A stretch of DNA of 64,000 bases from Phoronis australis (Eukaryota > Animalia > Phoronida): NCBI GenBank assembly GCA_002633005.1, contig NMRA01000814.1:1-64000 (forward strand). Direction: 5' to 3'. The notes beneath the pieces are model-generated. The model worked only from the letters and a program-made list of their open reading frames with translations, did not search any database and had not been told where the DNA came from. The position numbers were made by a program, and so were the translations under genes. Shown piece after piece: positions 37,157 to 51,346 of this stretch; the stretch's first letter is position 1; each line of letters starts with the position of its first letter.

Positions 37157-40100
37157 CCTTCCGTAATTGTTATTGTTCATTAAAAAGAACGGGTAAGCCG
37201 TCTCAAGATTTTGATGAAACAGCCATAGAAGAGCAATAATGCCCAACAGATGGTGACACTGTCTTTAGGGACCATAGTCCGATTGTACACAACTTGGTCG
37301 GATCTCACTCGTTTTCCCGTAATAGAGAATTCTATGGTTGGTAGGGTCTATGAAGTAATCTGCAAACAGGTACATCCGGGTTAAAAGAATAACTCTTCCA
37401 TGTCCTTATGAACAATTGTGCGTATCGGAACGGCTTGGATAACAATAAACGTGAACTGAATAACTGAGCTCAGAGTGTCCAGTTATCGTTGTATTTATCC
37501 GTTAGATAGAAGGGTTTATAATGCATAGGTGATGATATGGCTGTGAAATAACTGTGTTATCATCCCGTGAAATACGTCAGAACTACTTGTCCGCATTTTC
37601 TTTGGAGAAGATATTCGTTATCATTTCCATAGAAAATAACCCTAGCAAAGTTAATAAGAATTTCGGTAGTTCTTGAAACCCATGTTTTATATATCACCTT
37701 GGAGTAATGCACATAGGGAGTGGAAACTTCAAACCCAACTTTCAACGCTATTGTATTATGCTGCCTCGCTATTCAGGCTCACTCAGCGCACAGGCGCTTG
37801 GGTTTATCTGTTCCACAGGCGCTTGGGTTTATCGCAAATGACGTCACTCAATAAAATATATAAGAAAACAAAGGTTGGACACTCGAAATCTGTTTGCTCA
37901 GAATTTTCTACTCAAATGTGCATGGAACTCCACGAAACTAGCATCGGACAACTCTTAGAATACTTTCTTTCATTCGATCTCTTCAAATTGCCTTCGAGTG
38001 GTGATTTGGCGACAAAAACGCCAAAAGAATGCCAAAATCACTAGTTCAAGGAAGTGATTCCGTGATGTCATGGCAGACGGTCTTCGCACATCCGGGTTTT
38101 TGACGGACGCTCCCTAGCTAAATCCGAAAGTCTAATTTCGCGCGGCTTTCATCGTCAATCCCTCGACTACTTGATCATGAGAAGCAGAGAGCACTTTATT
38201 GCCAAATAAATGTAATTACTCACATATTTGTGTCAAATATAAATTATCCTGATACTGTATTGATATGCGAAGTTTTTTGTGTACTGTGATTTCTTATGAA
38301 GATTTTACTTTTGGCCAAAATCATTGAGGTAACTCGTCGGCCACGCGCATTGTAATACTTGCACGGACTGCGTTTCCTGGCCGAGTGTGTGTTGTGCTTC
38401 AATCAAAAATGTGCGTGATGTCAAGATGAGAAACAAGATACGCCAGTTTATGTAATAAAATTCTAACTTAAGGGCTAAAATGAGCCGTCAGTGGAATAAA
38501 GTTACAAATAATAATTAAAATACTAACTTTAACATTCTCAATTAGTTGAGTTTTTTAGTGGATTAGAATTATTGAATTTGAAATATTGGTTGCTTGCTCA
38601 AACTCGAAGTTTCACCTACGACAGGCGTACAAGTTTGAAGCACAACTGAAATCCGCCATGTTTACTATTTCATGTCCTTGAATTCAGAGTTTTGAGATTG
38701 TTTTGGAAATTTCATCGCCAATTCACCACTCACGAAGACAGTTAATGGGATCTAGGAAAGATAAGGCTTCGAAGGTTTATGCAACATCAGACTGAGGGAG
38801 GTGCACGCAGATTTTATTTGGATTTTGGACGGTTGAAGTTGGGAGCATCGGCTTGGCAAAGTTTAAGTGTCCAACCTTTATGTTTCTTATATATGGTTAT
38901 GAGGGATCTGGAAATCCGAGCGCCTGTGACTCAGCGTAATAATCGGATTAATTTTACTCACTGCCAGAAACACAGCTTCGCACACGTCTGTCAGGCATGC
39001 GTGTCATCTGTAGTGTGTGATTTTAATTTATTTCTGTTTCTGTTGACAAAAGACGTTATTACATCCGAAAATTTCAGTTGATCCATTCTTGTTGTTTTAT
39101 TTACCTATTTGTAAAATGTAAAAAGTGTTGCATTTTACGTCATTGTTACATTTTATGTTGCTAGGCCTCTCCTAAGATGTAGTTTCTTGGTATGGTCAAA
39201 AATGTACCGTGTACAGTTTCAACTCCAGACGAAAGGAGTTTCCAGGATCAGGTACAAAGTTTTTATTCTTTTACAGGGCGTTCTTGCATTCTTTTGTTGG
39301 CGCTCACAGGTCATAAACCAAATGTGTATCCGACGTCACACTTCCCTTGGTAAGCACAACAAAAACAATGACATCGCATTTTGGCAACATTTATTGTATT
39401 TCTTCGGGAACAAAGGACAATAACAATTTTTGACGGAAAATTCAATTTCGGAAGCCAGTTTGATAGAAAAAACACCCGTTTAAGTCCACTATAGTTTGAT
39501 TTATTTCAGCCAGTGTTTTATTGCCTTGGAGTCATCGCAAGTGCTCCACAAAAAAGGAGCAAAATGATGCCTAGGGGTTCTGACTTCCACCTTCGTTACG
39601 AATGACAATTTCTTAAAGACATTGTGATGGAAGGAAAAAGGCACGTCAGGTTGGCAGATTTTGAGTGCAACAGCAAAAGAGCGCCTTTAAGAAGGGCGGC
39701 GCGACAATAGTTTAAAAAGTAGCGACATAGTAACGTGTTTGAAACAGCTTACAAGCTGAAAGAAATATCATTGTTCCTGTGAGGTCAAACCCTCTGAAAC
39801 AGTGATGGTAACAACAGATCAAACCGTGACGTGTATATGTGAAAATGGGAGGCCTAGCTGGGGAAATAAGAATTATTTTGACACTCTGAAACGATATGAT
39901 CGTTTTTCTCAAACGGGGTCTAGGTCGACAGTTTAAAGGAACAACAGTCCGAATAAAGCTGACTGTAGGCCTTTCGGAATACTAAAACATGCACTTACTC
40001 TTTCTATTATCTTTTAAGATAAAATATCAATTAGAATTGCTATTTGGTCAATGTTCGTTAGTCCGAACCATATATAAATAAAGACAGAGATTGGGCATTC

Positions 40101-40480
40101 TAATGAACGCGAAGTCACGTGTCTCATGAGGCGCCATTTTTGTTGCAGCTCGCTGTCAACAACACGCGCGGTTGTAGGCAGGTGAGGGAATTTGGTATAT
40201 TAACCCTTTTGCTACATCGCATAAAAATCGCACATTAAACATCGCTGACTTCGACGTTGGCCGTTTTTGTTCCGTACAACCAACTTTCAGTGAAACCTAG
40301 TTCAAATTACTCAGTTAAATCACCGTGTTCTAAGAATATTGGGGCCCATTACACAAAAAATGTTGCCTGATTTGTATGTCCGCTATCTCTCCATGGGAGA
40401 CTAGCCGAGATATACAACAGGTGTCATGCTATATGAGTGGTGAAGACTTCTGTCGTCTTTCCTGAGATACAGAGGCACAT

Positions 40481-41749
40481 GCAAAAGGTACCCGCTCATC
40501 CAAAACCTTTACGACAAACAGATGGCGCTGGATGCAATCATGCTTTACTAACAGGTAGCGCTGCTCACAGTCATTTGACATTTTTGTTTGAACTGAATCT
40601 TGGCCCAGCACAGCTGCTCACGTCACATCGCCGTTGTGACATGATGAGCTCAATTCTTCACTCTTTGTTTATACTGTCAGCTGTTATTAATCATGGCCAC
40701 CAATATGTTTATAGTGCATGGTTCAGTTCGTTAAATAGATATTATCTAAGTTGAAACCACTCTCTTTTGCCTTAGTGTTGATAGAACATAAAATATTACA
40801 GACGTTTCCACTTGGTGAACTATCAGCTGCTGTGCCACGGCCAGTCCGGTCTGCTGGACTGTTGTTGGCTAACACTAGACACTGAATGAAAAAGAAAATA
40901 TCGCAAGAGAATAAAACCTAACATGTATATCACCATGTATAATTCAAGCATAATTTAAAAAATATAGTGGTTATATGTCAACCTAATTAAAATTATGGTT
41001 GTTGAGTGCTTGCCAAAATCATCTCGCCGGGCGGAAAAGTCACGTGGCCGGGCCCGGTTTAGTAGCCACCTTAAAAGCTGGTGTGGTGGCAACAGGCTCA
41101 TGCTTCCCAAAGGATTGCAACATTGTAGGCTGCAAATTGTAAGATAAATTTCACCCCACACACTTAGGTTTAGTTTGGCACAAACTTCTGACAGAAAAAT
41201 ACCCGAAAGAATGTTTAATGTCAACACTGGGGGAATTATGTAACAGCTAAAGGTGAATTATCAAAGCTTTTTATGCATTTTTGACCGAAAGGGTTAATTT
41301 TGGCATAGTGAAATGATTTATTATATGGAGTTTATCGGGTGAACGTTCAAGTACTGACCAATAAGTTCGCTCAAGAACTTGACGATTGAAGAACAAAAAT
41401 CGGTTTATTTGACCAACTGATATGTCGCCTCACCATGTCGGTGGTCACAGTGACGTTCATTGAATATATATTTTACCCCAGCGTTTAGGCCAACGGAGCA
41501 ACCACAAAGCGTAGATTATTTGACCACTTTCATCTTAATTATATGTTATAAATAGTTATTACAAAAGGGCCGGGTTTTAAACATGGAATGTCGGACACAA
41601 AGATTTCTTTTCCACACAAATTCGCCACTCATCAGGACATACACTGTCTGGCAGTCTTATTTGAGATCCTTAGCGATAAAATGACACGTGATTGATGAGA
41701 AGCGCCATCTGTTTGCCGTAAAGGTTTTGGATGAGCGGGTACCTTTTGC
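40481..41749. mobile_element. Non-autonomous Mutator/MULE-like element
   Basis: ~50-bp TIR GCAAAAGGTACCCGCTCATCCAAAACCTTTACG; perfect 9-bp TSD GAGGCACAT. Confidence 0.9.
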
Positions 41750-41804
41750 GAGGCACATGTCTCGGTTGGACAGGGACAGTTATCTGTTTTGCAACCAGTT
41801 GAAT

Positions 41805-44720
41805 TTAACAGGCACCCCCAGGGGTCCGACCTCAGTCTGTTGCTATTCCTATGTCAACGACTTTCCAATTCACCCAAGAGACAAAGTCCAGATATTCCAT
41901 TTCGCAGACGATCTCGGGTTCTGGTTAAGTGACAAACAAGAGACAGGTGTCTACAGCACGCCTCCAGCGGGCACTGTCAAAACTGGAGGACAGGTGCTCC
42001 ATCTGGCGCATCAAACTCAGTGTCGCAAAATCACACGGGGCGAGAGGTAAACGGCAAACTTTAAAAGAGTATCTTGCCGATGAAAAACCAGACGCAGTAT
42101 CCATGAACGAAATCTGACTGTCCGACACCATCACATTTACCATACCTGGTTACACGTACTTTGTCCGGAGAGATCGTTCTGACCGCTCGGGCGGCGGAGT
42201 TGGCATTCTAGTCGGGCAAGGAGTGGACTTCACTCCCATAGACACAACTATGCTCAGAGCGAAAGTATTGATAGTAGAATGCCGCATCAACAGCAAAACT
42301 GCTTTCATCGTGTCGATCTACAACCCTCCGGGGACAACAGTATAGACAAGTACCTGTAGTCAGGCAATTCACGAACTCGTACAAATAATGCATATTTGTG
42401 GGCGATTTCAACTCCAAGCATCTGTTATTCCGAAACAGAAACAAGATACTTTTCCACTCCGTGGGAAACCCAAATCTTCATCTAGCAAACGACACTTACC
42501 ATCAATGGACTGTCGCAGAGCGCCAGATCCAGTACCGCGAAGTCCCAGTTTACTTCATATTCATCACCCCTCTTTACTTAGCACAGTGCATAGATGCGAG
42601 GTTAGGGCGACCTCGTGAGTGACCACCTAGCGGTACACCTCAAACTAGACCACGCCAGCGGCCGGCTTAACTCCCACTCACAAGTTTACAAACGATCATT
42701 CAAGAATTGACAACAATTTAAGCGATGTGGAGATTAATGTACGGAGAGCGTACTCCAGCAAATATTGGCCATGCCTCTCAAGCGGTAAACAATGCTATAA
42801 ACAACACATTGGATGAAAACTGTACCACTGTGAAGATACGTCCATTAACATGGCGGTGATCAGCAGACATGATGATGCTCATCCGACTCAAACGCAAAAT
42901 CAGGCGTAAGACTCAGGTCTACCCTGACAACCCGATCAACTGGAACATCTTTAATGTTCTGAAAAGACGCGTCGAGAACGCTGTCAAATAGGAAAAAAGG
43001 CAACCGTACATGAAGTTCTCTATGCGAGTCACTAAATGTGAAAGGAGGCACAGGCTTTTAATTTAGCTGGCCTTTAAGAGGATTACAGGCACGGGCACTC
43101 GCAACCGCCAGAGTGCAAAACCACTGATTTGTGACAACAAAGCTGCCTCATCCGACCCAGACAAGGCCACTGTATTTGCGAAAATTCTAGAGAAAACTCA
43201 CACAATGCACGATGGCCCGATCTTCTGCAATATGACAAAACGCCTCGTGGACCACGCATTGGTCCGAAAAGCAAACCTATTCAAGACCATTAACATAATT
43301 ACGCAAGAACGAGGAGATGATCACGAAATGCTTGCTGAAACAACGCCAATTGAGATTAAATGAAAGAAAAACAGCAGCCCAGGAAGCCATTCCATCTCCT
43401 ACGACGTTCTGACACAGTGTCCGCTATCTCGATGGGAGACTAGCCGAGATATCCAACAGGAGTCTTGCTATAGGCCACTTTCCCAAACTGTTGAAACGTG
43501 CACTGGGTGTCATGACAGTGGCGGATTTAGGGGGGCAAGGGGGCCATGCCCCTCAGTAAAATTCTACCAGATACCGTTTGGCAGTTCGGGTGCGAATTGC
43601 TGACAAGCACATGCGCGCGGGGGGCTAGCGGTGTGAATAAACGATGCATAGGCCCTGAACAAACTCCGTTTACGGTTTTTTTGTCTTTAGTCAAAAGGTC
43701 CGGAAACCCAAAAATTCGACACCCCCGCATCTCTATATTTTAGGCTGGGCGCGCGCATCTGCCGAAATTCTGGTTATTCCTGTGTGCTGGCTCCCCCTAA
43801 CTCAAAATCCTGGATCTCCCCCTGCATGATACCCAAACCAGACAAAGACCACTCTAACCCGGCCAACTACCACCCAATCATTCCGCTATAATGCACTGGC
43901 AAAACATTTGAACGCATTCTCACTAACAGAATCAATTGGATTCCAAAGGCTTCTTTAAGTGCTGGCAGAGGGCCTATGAAAAAAACGTGAAGGAACCGAA
44001 CGCATCCATAGACTGATAACAGAAGGCAAAGCCGCTTTAGGCAACCACTTTTGCGCGGGCGCCATAATGGTAGACTCGGACGTGGAGAAAGCATTTAATG
44101 GCATGAAAGCATCAGATACAAACTCACCAATATGGATCTAGCAGACAAAATGGTTAGACTCTTGTCATATTCGGAGAGACAAACACTGACAATTAACCTA
44201 TTTCGCAACGGCTGTGAAACTGAAGGCCGGCACCCCCGAGGGGTCCGTCCTCAGTCCGTTGCTATTCCTGTCAATGACCTACCAGTTCACCCCAGAGACA
44301 AGATCCAGATATCCCAGTTCGCCGACGATCTTGGGTTCTAGACACTGACAAACAATTGACAGTTGTCCAAGCACGCCTCCATCGGGCATTATCAAGACTT
44401 GAGGACTGGTACTCCATCTGGTGCATCAAACTCAATGCCGCAAAATCACAGGTTATCCTGTTCCACCGCAAACACAAACTGTGACCATTCAATCCCTAAT
44501 TATTTGATGTCAGGCTCACATCAGAAGCAGAGGCCACTCTTCTAGGGGGTAACCCTAGATCAAAGACTGGCATTACGATCCCACGTCGCACGCGTGTGTG
44601 ACCGTGCCACAAGGGCACAGGGCTGGGGACTAGGAGCGACCCCTACTGTTACTTTACAAAATGTTTATCAGGCCCCTATATGAGTATGATCCGATGGATA
44701 TCTCAACCTGTGTCCCTTCT
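41805..44720 (+). mobile_element. Degraded Jockey/I-group LINE ORF2 (APE endonuclease + RT)
   Basis: RRDRSDRSGGGVGILV, IVSIYNPP, GDFNSKH, IPKPDKDHSNPANYHPI, VNDLP..ISQFADD; many stops and frameshifts. Confidence 0.85.
43516..43824. mobile_element. MITE with CAG..CTG termini and 5-bp TSD inside the LINE
   Basis: CAGTGGCGGATTTAGG / CCTGGATCTCCCCCTG; TSD CATGA; removal restores VMIPKP. Confidence 0.8.
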
Positions 44721-45023
44721 ACAATCGAAAAATACAGAGAATTCTGGGCGCTGATTGCTCTCGGGCACTGAGCATGCGCGTACCCAACCCAAAATATAGG
44801 GGCTCGAATTCTGCGGTATGCGGACCTTCTGCTGAAAACAAAAAAATAAAATGGGGCCACTAGGTTCAGATCTGCCAATCGTGCATCCGCGCCGAATTCC
44901 TGTGCACTTTGTGGACTTTTGTCTCGTTTACTCGGACTTTTCGTTTCACTGAGGCGGACCTTTTTGCTCAATTCGTGATTATCTGGACTGAGATCTATCA
45001 GCAGTTCCGTTTTGTCGAATCAT

Positions 45024-45260
45024 CTACGTTTCGGCATAAGGTTGTGGGTCGAACATGGAAAACTGGAGACCATTAACCATGCTAAACAGCGAGCTGGAGG
45101 TAGTCTCTAATAGCAAGAAAGGTCGTTTGTCTGTTACTATCTGATTCCTTTCGCTGAATCCTCGCTCACATTCCGCTATGGTACTGCAAGGAAGAGCCTT
45201 AATGCAGAGGTCCAGTTGCCGCTGAGCACTTGATAGGTTGTCTTCTTTAACCGTCTCCTC
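45024..45260 (-). pseudogene. hAT transposase C-terminal dimerization domain fragment
   Basis: IKALPCSTIAECERGFSERNQIVTDKRPFL..SSLFSMVNG matches the hATC S..ER.FS motif. Confidence 0.75.
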
Positions 45261-45649
45261 CATTTTTGCGAACTCACGCAACCAACCGAAACCGATCGCA
45301 AATACGCCTGACTTAGTGCTCGCCATGTTTTTTTCCCTGAATCCCATCGGGGACCACGTTACGGGGTCCAAGATGCCCAAGATTACAGCAAAATGACTGC
45401 TCATCATTGTCAAGTCAACTACGCTACTCTAACTTCGCAACAACTTTTTGAATAAATTGTCCAGGACTTATGGTCAATGACGCGCGCTGTAATATTTGGA
45501 AACAATGCTGTCGTCAGCGTAACAGCGCATTGATACCGTAAGCTATTGCATCAAGACCACGCCCAACTATGCCGTCAGCCTCTTGGCGCTTTCTGGGTTA
45601 TGTATATTCATTGTATTCTGAAGATTTCGTAATAAACATTAAAAAAAAC

Positions 45650-46569
45650 TGTGAGGAAGCGCTACGTTAAGATGTAAAAAGATGATTGGCTGCGCCTACG
45701 TCACACTGTATCTTAACTAACGGTAAGTAGGCGCTACATTTAAATGCCAAAAGGTGTTTGGCTGCACCTACGTGCGCTTAAGCGCTCCACTGATCAGCAC
45801 TGCCTGACATAAAGTCAACCAAGGACCGAATAGCTTTCAGTGACAAGCCTGTAGACCAAGAGCACCTAAGGGTTCTGGACGTACTCAACTGGTAACAAAA
45901 TGTCCCGACGGGACAGTATAAAGACAACCACTGAGGACAAGCGTGCATCATTACTGTTGCCATGTAGCTGGCTTCATGAGAGTCAAACCATATCCAAGAA
46001 GCCAACGACGCTGTTGCAATTCAGCCAGCGTCTCGCCTATTACAAAGAAGAAGAATATCATCGCCTTCCAGCCACGTCCACACCAAATACATACAGCGAG
46101 GACAGAATGGCGAGATCGTCCGATCTTGGGAAGCTGGTCTGGGGGCTTCACTCTGTTCTACTCTCTTCTCAAACTTCGCATTCTGCCGAGTCTCGTTCCT
46201 ATCAGCAAGGAATCCCAACTAAACTAACTAGCTGTTTGGGTCTTTTTTGTTATTTGAACTTTAACTTTTTTAACATGTTTTTGCTTACATATCCTTTGGG
46301 TTATTTGTGAAAGCAGAGATGACAACGGAAGCTAATGGTGAGTTGTAAGTCTGTAGATTTGTATTTTGTATTTAGCGCATAATAAACTCACTATATTTGT
46401 CTACTTCTCTCTTGTTTCACTCTCTATAAGTTGTCACCATGGTTCTCTCGCATGCGATACGAACGAGTGAAAAAGTACACAACGCTCCAATATTTTTATC
46501 GGCTACGAACACTCGACATTTTAGATACTAGGCAGATCGGTGCTGGTCGCTCCACCTACTCCCGTTACA
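45650..46569 (+). mobile_element. Possible solo LTR
   Basis: TGTGAGG..CCGTTACA ends, TATAAA and AATAAA inside; no matching TSD. Confidence 0.4.
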
Positions 46570-47733
46570 CATATATATAACCTACGGAAGTGGGCCTTTG
46601 TTAAGATTAACCCAAGTTAATTGAGCTATTTTGCAATATTTAAAATGTACCAAATCAAAACCATACTTTCGACTCATTTCAGGCTGTAACTCTGTATAAA
46701 TGCCAGAGAAAAATAATTTCGGTGTAATAACAACCACCACTGTTGAGAAAGTAGTGCTGGCGATTAACCGCCATTTCCGTTTCCTTAGCTGAATGAAGGG
46801 AGTTCTGAATAGGCATAAAAAAGTTGCCTGGGGGCAAACGGAATCACAGCGGTGACCATGCCGTGCAAGCGAGAAAGTCACCACATGGCTTAATTAACGG
46901 GTTGAATTAGTTCTTAAATGATCTCTTATTGAACGCGCATTTTTGCATAATTAATCAACGCGTAGTTTTACTTAATCACGGGGTTGAATTAAGTATTCAC
47001 CGTGTCCAATAAAATACAAGTTTACATGCAGTCTTTGTAACGTCATCATTTACGTGGTCACTTGTTAAGAATCTGACATTCTTCACGAAAAATTGCCTTG
47101 CCCCTATCTAGAGATTTGATAGCACGGGCGTGATCATTGGAAAATATGAGCTTATGATTAAAGTACACGCGTTCAACGCGCAGAACCCTTTGGCGCTTCA
47201 TACTCAAGCACACGGTCGGTAGCAGATAGTTATCTCGAGTTTGTATAACTACAAATAACAAACAATAAAAACGTTTATTACAAAACTCATTGGGCCATTG
47301 GCCCACAGTTCATTATATTAATATACAAACGGTATACTCTCGCCCGAGTCATCCGAAATATTCATAATTTCACTCTTAATTGCCATTGCTCGTTGAATGA
47401 AGGATGCTGTAATTCTTAAAACATACATAGAATCTGAACCTAAGTGTGCTTTAACGTTTCTATTTCTAAAAATACATTGTGGCAATAGATATTTCCATAA
47501 GTCTGCAAGGACGGGACAATCAAATGAAAAGTGTATCTGTGTTTCAATTTCATCGGTTTTGCAAGCTTTCCAAATTCTTTCCAGTCGAGGTACATGTTTT
47601 TTCTACCCATCTCGATGGTGCGTCGAACACCTCAAATTTGCCATTGTAAATACCTGATTTAAAGAGTTTGTATAACGTACGAGGAGAACCGAAAATGTCA
47701 AAAATATATTCGAGTAAAAAGGTTAGACCTCTT

Positions 47734-48214
47734 AGGTGTGTTTCATGAAAAGTGTCTTACGCTGCAGCTATACAATTTGGTCTTACGCTGCGGCTATACA
47801 ACTTAGTCTTACGCTGCGGCTATACAATTTGGTCTTATGCTGCGGCTATACAATTTGGTCTTACGTTACGGCTATACAATTTGGTCTTACGCTGCGGCTA
47901 TACAATTTGGTAGTACGCTGCGGCTATACAATTTGGTCTTACGTTGCGGCTATACAATTTGGTCTTACGCTGCGGCTATACAAATTTCTGAAAAAGGTTA
48001 GCTGTAACTTGAAGTGCCAGTACTGGGGTTACGTACACGGCTCACCGGGCGCGAGAGGATTTCATAGAAATTATCTCAAGAACTAGCAGTTACGTTTTTA
48101 TTCTCAAAGGATTTATATTTTTGCTCAAGTAAGATTTGATTATTTTTCAAAAATAGTTGAGACCAAGTTTCTGACTTAAGCCTAAGTCTTAAGTCACTTT
48201 TCACAAAACAGGCC
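47734..48214. mobile_element. Harbinger-like MITE containing a 26-bp minisatellite (~9 copies, 47754-47984)
   Basis: Degenerate TIRs GTGTTTCATGAAAAGTGTCTTA / TAAGTCACTTTTCACAAAACAGGCCC; unit TTTGGTCTTACGCTGCGGCTATACAA. Confidence 0.65.
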
Positions 48215-49561
48215 CTTGTTTGACCGTGAGGCGAGTTGTGACCATGACGCATTTTTACCTCGTTGCCCAACGTAGTATTGCTGTGCGTGAACTTGGAATC
48301 CTGCTTAATTTCAAGATTAAGCGGAAGTGAGTGTTGCGTGAACTTGGAATTGAATATTCTTTAAGGCAAAAAGGTGAAGTTTTTGTTCGGGGAAAAGAAT
48401 TCTTGTAATAGACCGGGATCCCAGAGCTTTTTTGGACATGAAAAGGTAACCATTTTTCTTTGGTGCCACAGTGCTCTATGAGTATCCTGATTTTGGAAAT
48501 GGCAGTCTGGCAGGTTCGCTCTGGTGGGTGTGGTCAGGGGAGCCAAGAAAATGACACTCAAAAATTTAGCTAGATCAACTTTTCTGGTAAGCACTTCAAA
48601 CTGCCTTAGATGCCTACTACGTAATACACTGTATCAAAATTGACCAATGCCAGACAATTTCAGTGGTGGGGAGTATCCGCCAGGCGGTTATAAACAAGGT
48701 AAACAAATTGAGCTAGATCAACCTAAGAGGTTACCGCTTAAAACCAGCTCCAAAATATTCACCGTAAGCCCAGGTATCACGAATAAACACTGCCAGACAA
48801 TTCTAGTGGTGGGTTAGCCCTGCCAGACACCCCCACATACCTGAGTTGAGCTATATCAACCCAAGAGGTAACCGCATGAAACCAGTTTCAAAATATTCGC
48901 CATAAGCCCAGGTATCAAGAATAAATACTGCCAGACAAAGCTAGTGGTGGGTTATCCTCGCCAGACACGCTCAAGTACCTCAGTTGAGCTAGATCACCCC
49001 GCCAGTTAACCGTTTGAAACCAATCGCCCGATGTTCAACACCACCGCACGTGGCGCAACAGTAAGTTGCCCCCATCAGACAAATAAAGAGTCGAAACAAA
49101 GTTGATTATAAGCCCATTCACGCTGAATAAGCATCACATTCAGGAACCAGGCAATTCGATTTTCAGTAAAGCCACTGAGTCCGTACGACATAGGTCACCA
49201 CACAAGGTGAAAGATTTTTGTCCGACAGTATACGTCAGGGCATGAAAACCAGAGACATCGCGCCTGAGGTTGCAGCGACCCCACAAGGCCATGCGAAAAC
49301 AGCGGAATACTCCACATGATATTCACTATTAAAAACGAGATCTAAAAACCCTTCAAAGACGGATAGCACATTGTGTTCGATTTTTAGTTGTCCTATTTTA
49401 CCAGTCTAAACTGCGTCCCTCTGTTTTCGGACGAGTCGTTTGATGCAACTGCTAAAAGGAATAATAATCGAAATGTCTTATGCTGTCGTCTGCGTTATGT
49501 ACGCACCAACTACTTTCATTTCACACTGTGATTAATGGCAAATTTGGCAAAAACTGATTAG

Positions 49562-49732
49562 TTGTGGGCAATCTCCATCTTTCTCATAAACCGAGCCCAT
49601 AGAGAACTTCAGAGATGCGTCAAGAATAATGACGTCAGTGGCTATATCAACATTTTCCCGACTATGCTAGATGTATTATTTGCCCTGAACCGCCCAAACT
49701 ACGTCAGATGGGGAACATTGTTTTACCATTAG
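49562..49732 (+). pseudogene. Academ transposase fragment
   Basis: ELQRCVKNNDVSGYINIFPTMLDVLFALNRPNYVRWG matches the Academ F.AL...NY.RW motif. Confidence 0.7.
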
Positions 49733-50774
49733 ACACCGGACAATTGATATCTTGTTGAATAGACAAAATACGTCGTCGCGCTAAGCCTTATTACTGCTAA
49801 TTTCCCTGGTGCAAGTCTTCGACAGGTGGCCACAAATTCCCAAAAGACCTAAGGTTACTATATTCGTGGACAATTGTGGTCAACAGGGTCAACTAACTGA
49901 CAAAAAGTGTGTGGATGCTGAAGCCCCGTGTGTGCTCTATGTCTATGACTATGCAGTTCCATTCGGAGACTACACAACATTACTTGGTAAGTTTTTAGCA
50001 ATCAGTTTCTATCAACATCGTTCGGTGATGTTATCCCCANNNNNNNNNNNNNNNNNNNNNNNNNNNNNNNNNNNNNNNNNNNNNNNNNNNNNNNNNNNNN
50101 NNNNNNNNNNNNNNNNNNNNNNNNNNNNNNNNNNNNNNNNNNNNNNNNNNNNNNNNNNNNNNNNNNNNNNNNNNNNNNNNNNNNNNNNNNNNNNNNNNNN
50201 NNNNNNNNNNNNNNNNNNNNNNNNNNNNNNNNNNNNNNNNNNNNNNNNNNNNNNNNNNNNNNNNNNNNNNNNNNNNNNNNNNNNNNNNNNNNNNNNNNNN
50301 NNNNNNNNNNNNNNNNNNNNNNNNNNNNNNNNNNNNNNNNNNNNNNNNNNNNNNNNNNNNNNNNNNNNNNNNNNNNNNNNNNNNNNNNNNNNNNNNNNNN
50401 NNNNNNNNNNNNNNNNNNNNNNNNNNNNNNNNNNNNNNNNNTATCGTATCACATATCACAACATATAAAGATTAACCAGACTCTGGCTGGCGACTGACTG
50501 CCGCGAAGTCGACATCGGCGAGTGCCTCAGTTAACAGGCATCGGTAGAATAATCATGGAATAATCGTAAAAATAATCACAAACCTTACCTTTGTATGAGG
50601 TTGTGCTTACTTCCTCTCATAGAAGCACCCTTTTTACGCAATCTCAGATTCAGTTGGCACGGCTGCAAGCCATTTCACCATGTATTTAAAGGGCTGGCGA
50701 AATCGAGGTTGTTAATCTATCACCACTAGTACACGCACGCCCTCTAGTTATTGTAGATTTTCCGAATAGCCCCA

Positions 50775-51045
50775 TTAGACGTACCAATCAGACTTGTGAA
50801 TTTGAAATGTCTAGCTCAAAATTTTAGTTTGCACCCAATGACCTTTGACGTGTTTTATCTGATTGGATGATTCGATTACTTAGAAAAGTAATTTTTTAAC
50901 ATGTCATATTGACTTATACCTGTGCACCGAATTTGAAAAAGATAGCTTTAAAACTGAAGGAGGAGTCGCATTTTGAAAATTATATGACTTTTGCACCAAA
51001 CGACCTCTTCCGGTGCAATATGGAATATGATTATATAACGAATCA
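50775..51045 (+). repeat. Fragment of the Helentron-like family at 30.5-33 kb
   Basis: Close match to 32510-32770. Confidence 0.85.
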
Positions 51046-51272
51046 TTGGCCAAGAAACAAAACAGCAGAAAATGTAAGGTTTGTTGTTCTGCTTTTTTTT
51101 AAATATTTTTAAAAAAGAATAATTGCAGGCGGTTTGATACACGTTGTATCAGACGTGCGCAGGCCTCGCATGTGGGCCCATTGCACTGATCACCTGGAAA
51201 TATTTTTATGCTTTATTGATATATGGTTAAAACCGAGCTGAGGAGCTAGAAACCTGGCTCAAGGGTTTAGCA

Positions 51273-51346
51273 GTGTGACCTGGTGGGACTCGAACCCACG
51301 ACCTCGAGTAAAGAAAGCGGGCACTTATCAACCAGGCCACACTGCC
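51273..51346 (-). mobile_element. tRNA-derived SINE head
   Basis: GGCAGTGTGGCC..GGGTTCGAGTCCC A/B boxes; cloverleaf incomplete. Confidence 0.65.

Noticed and set aside
45778-46310. Cluster of overlapping ORFs
   Set aside because: No domain motifs; lies within a probable LTR
47754-47984. CRISPR-like array (also 52418-52625, 61673-61987, 9124-9222)
   Set aside because: Contiguous tandem units or only very short spacers, no cas genes, eukaryotic context
51273-51346. Possible tRNA gene
   Set aside because: Degenerate cloverleaf followed by a repeat body; interpreted as a SINE head
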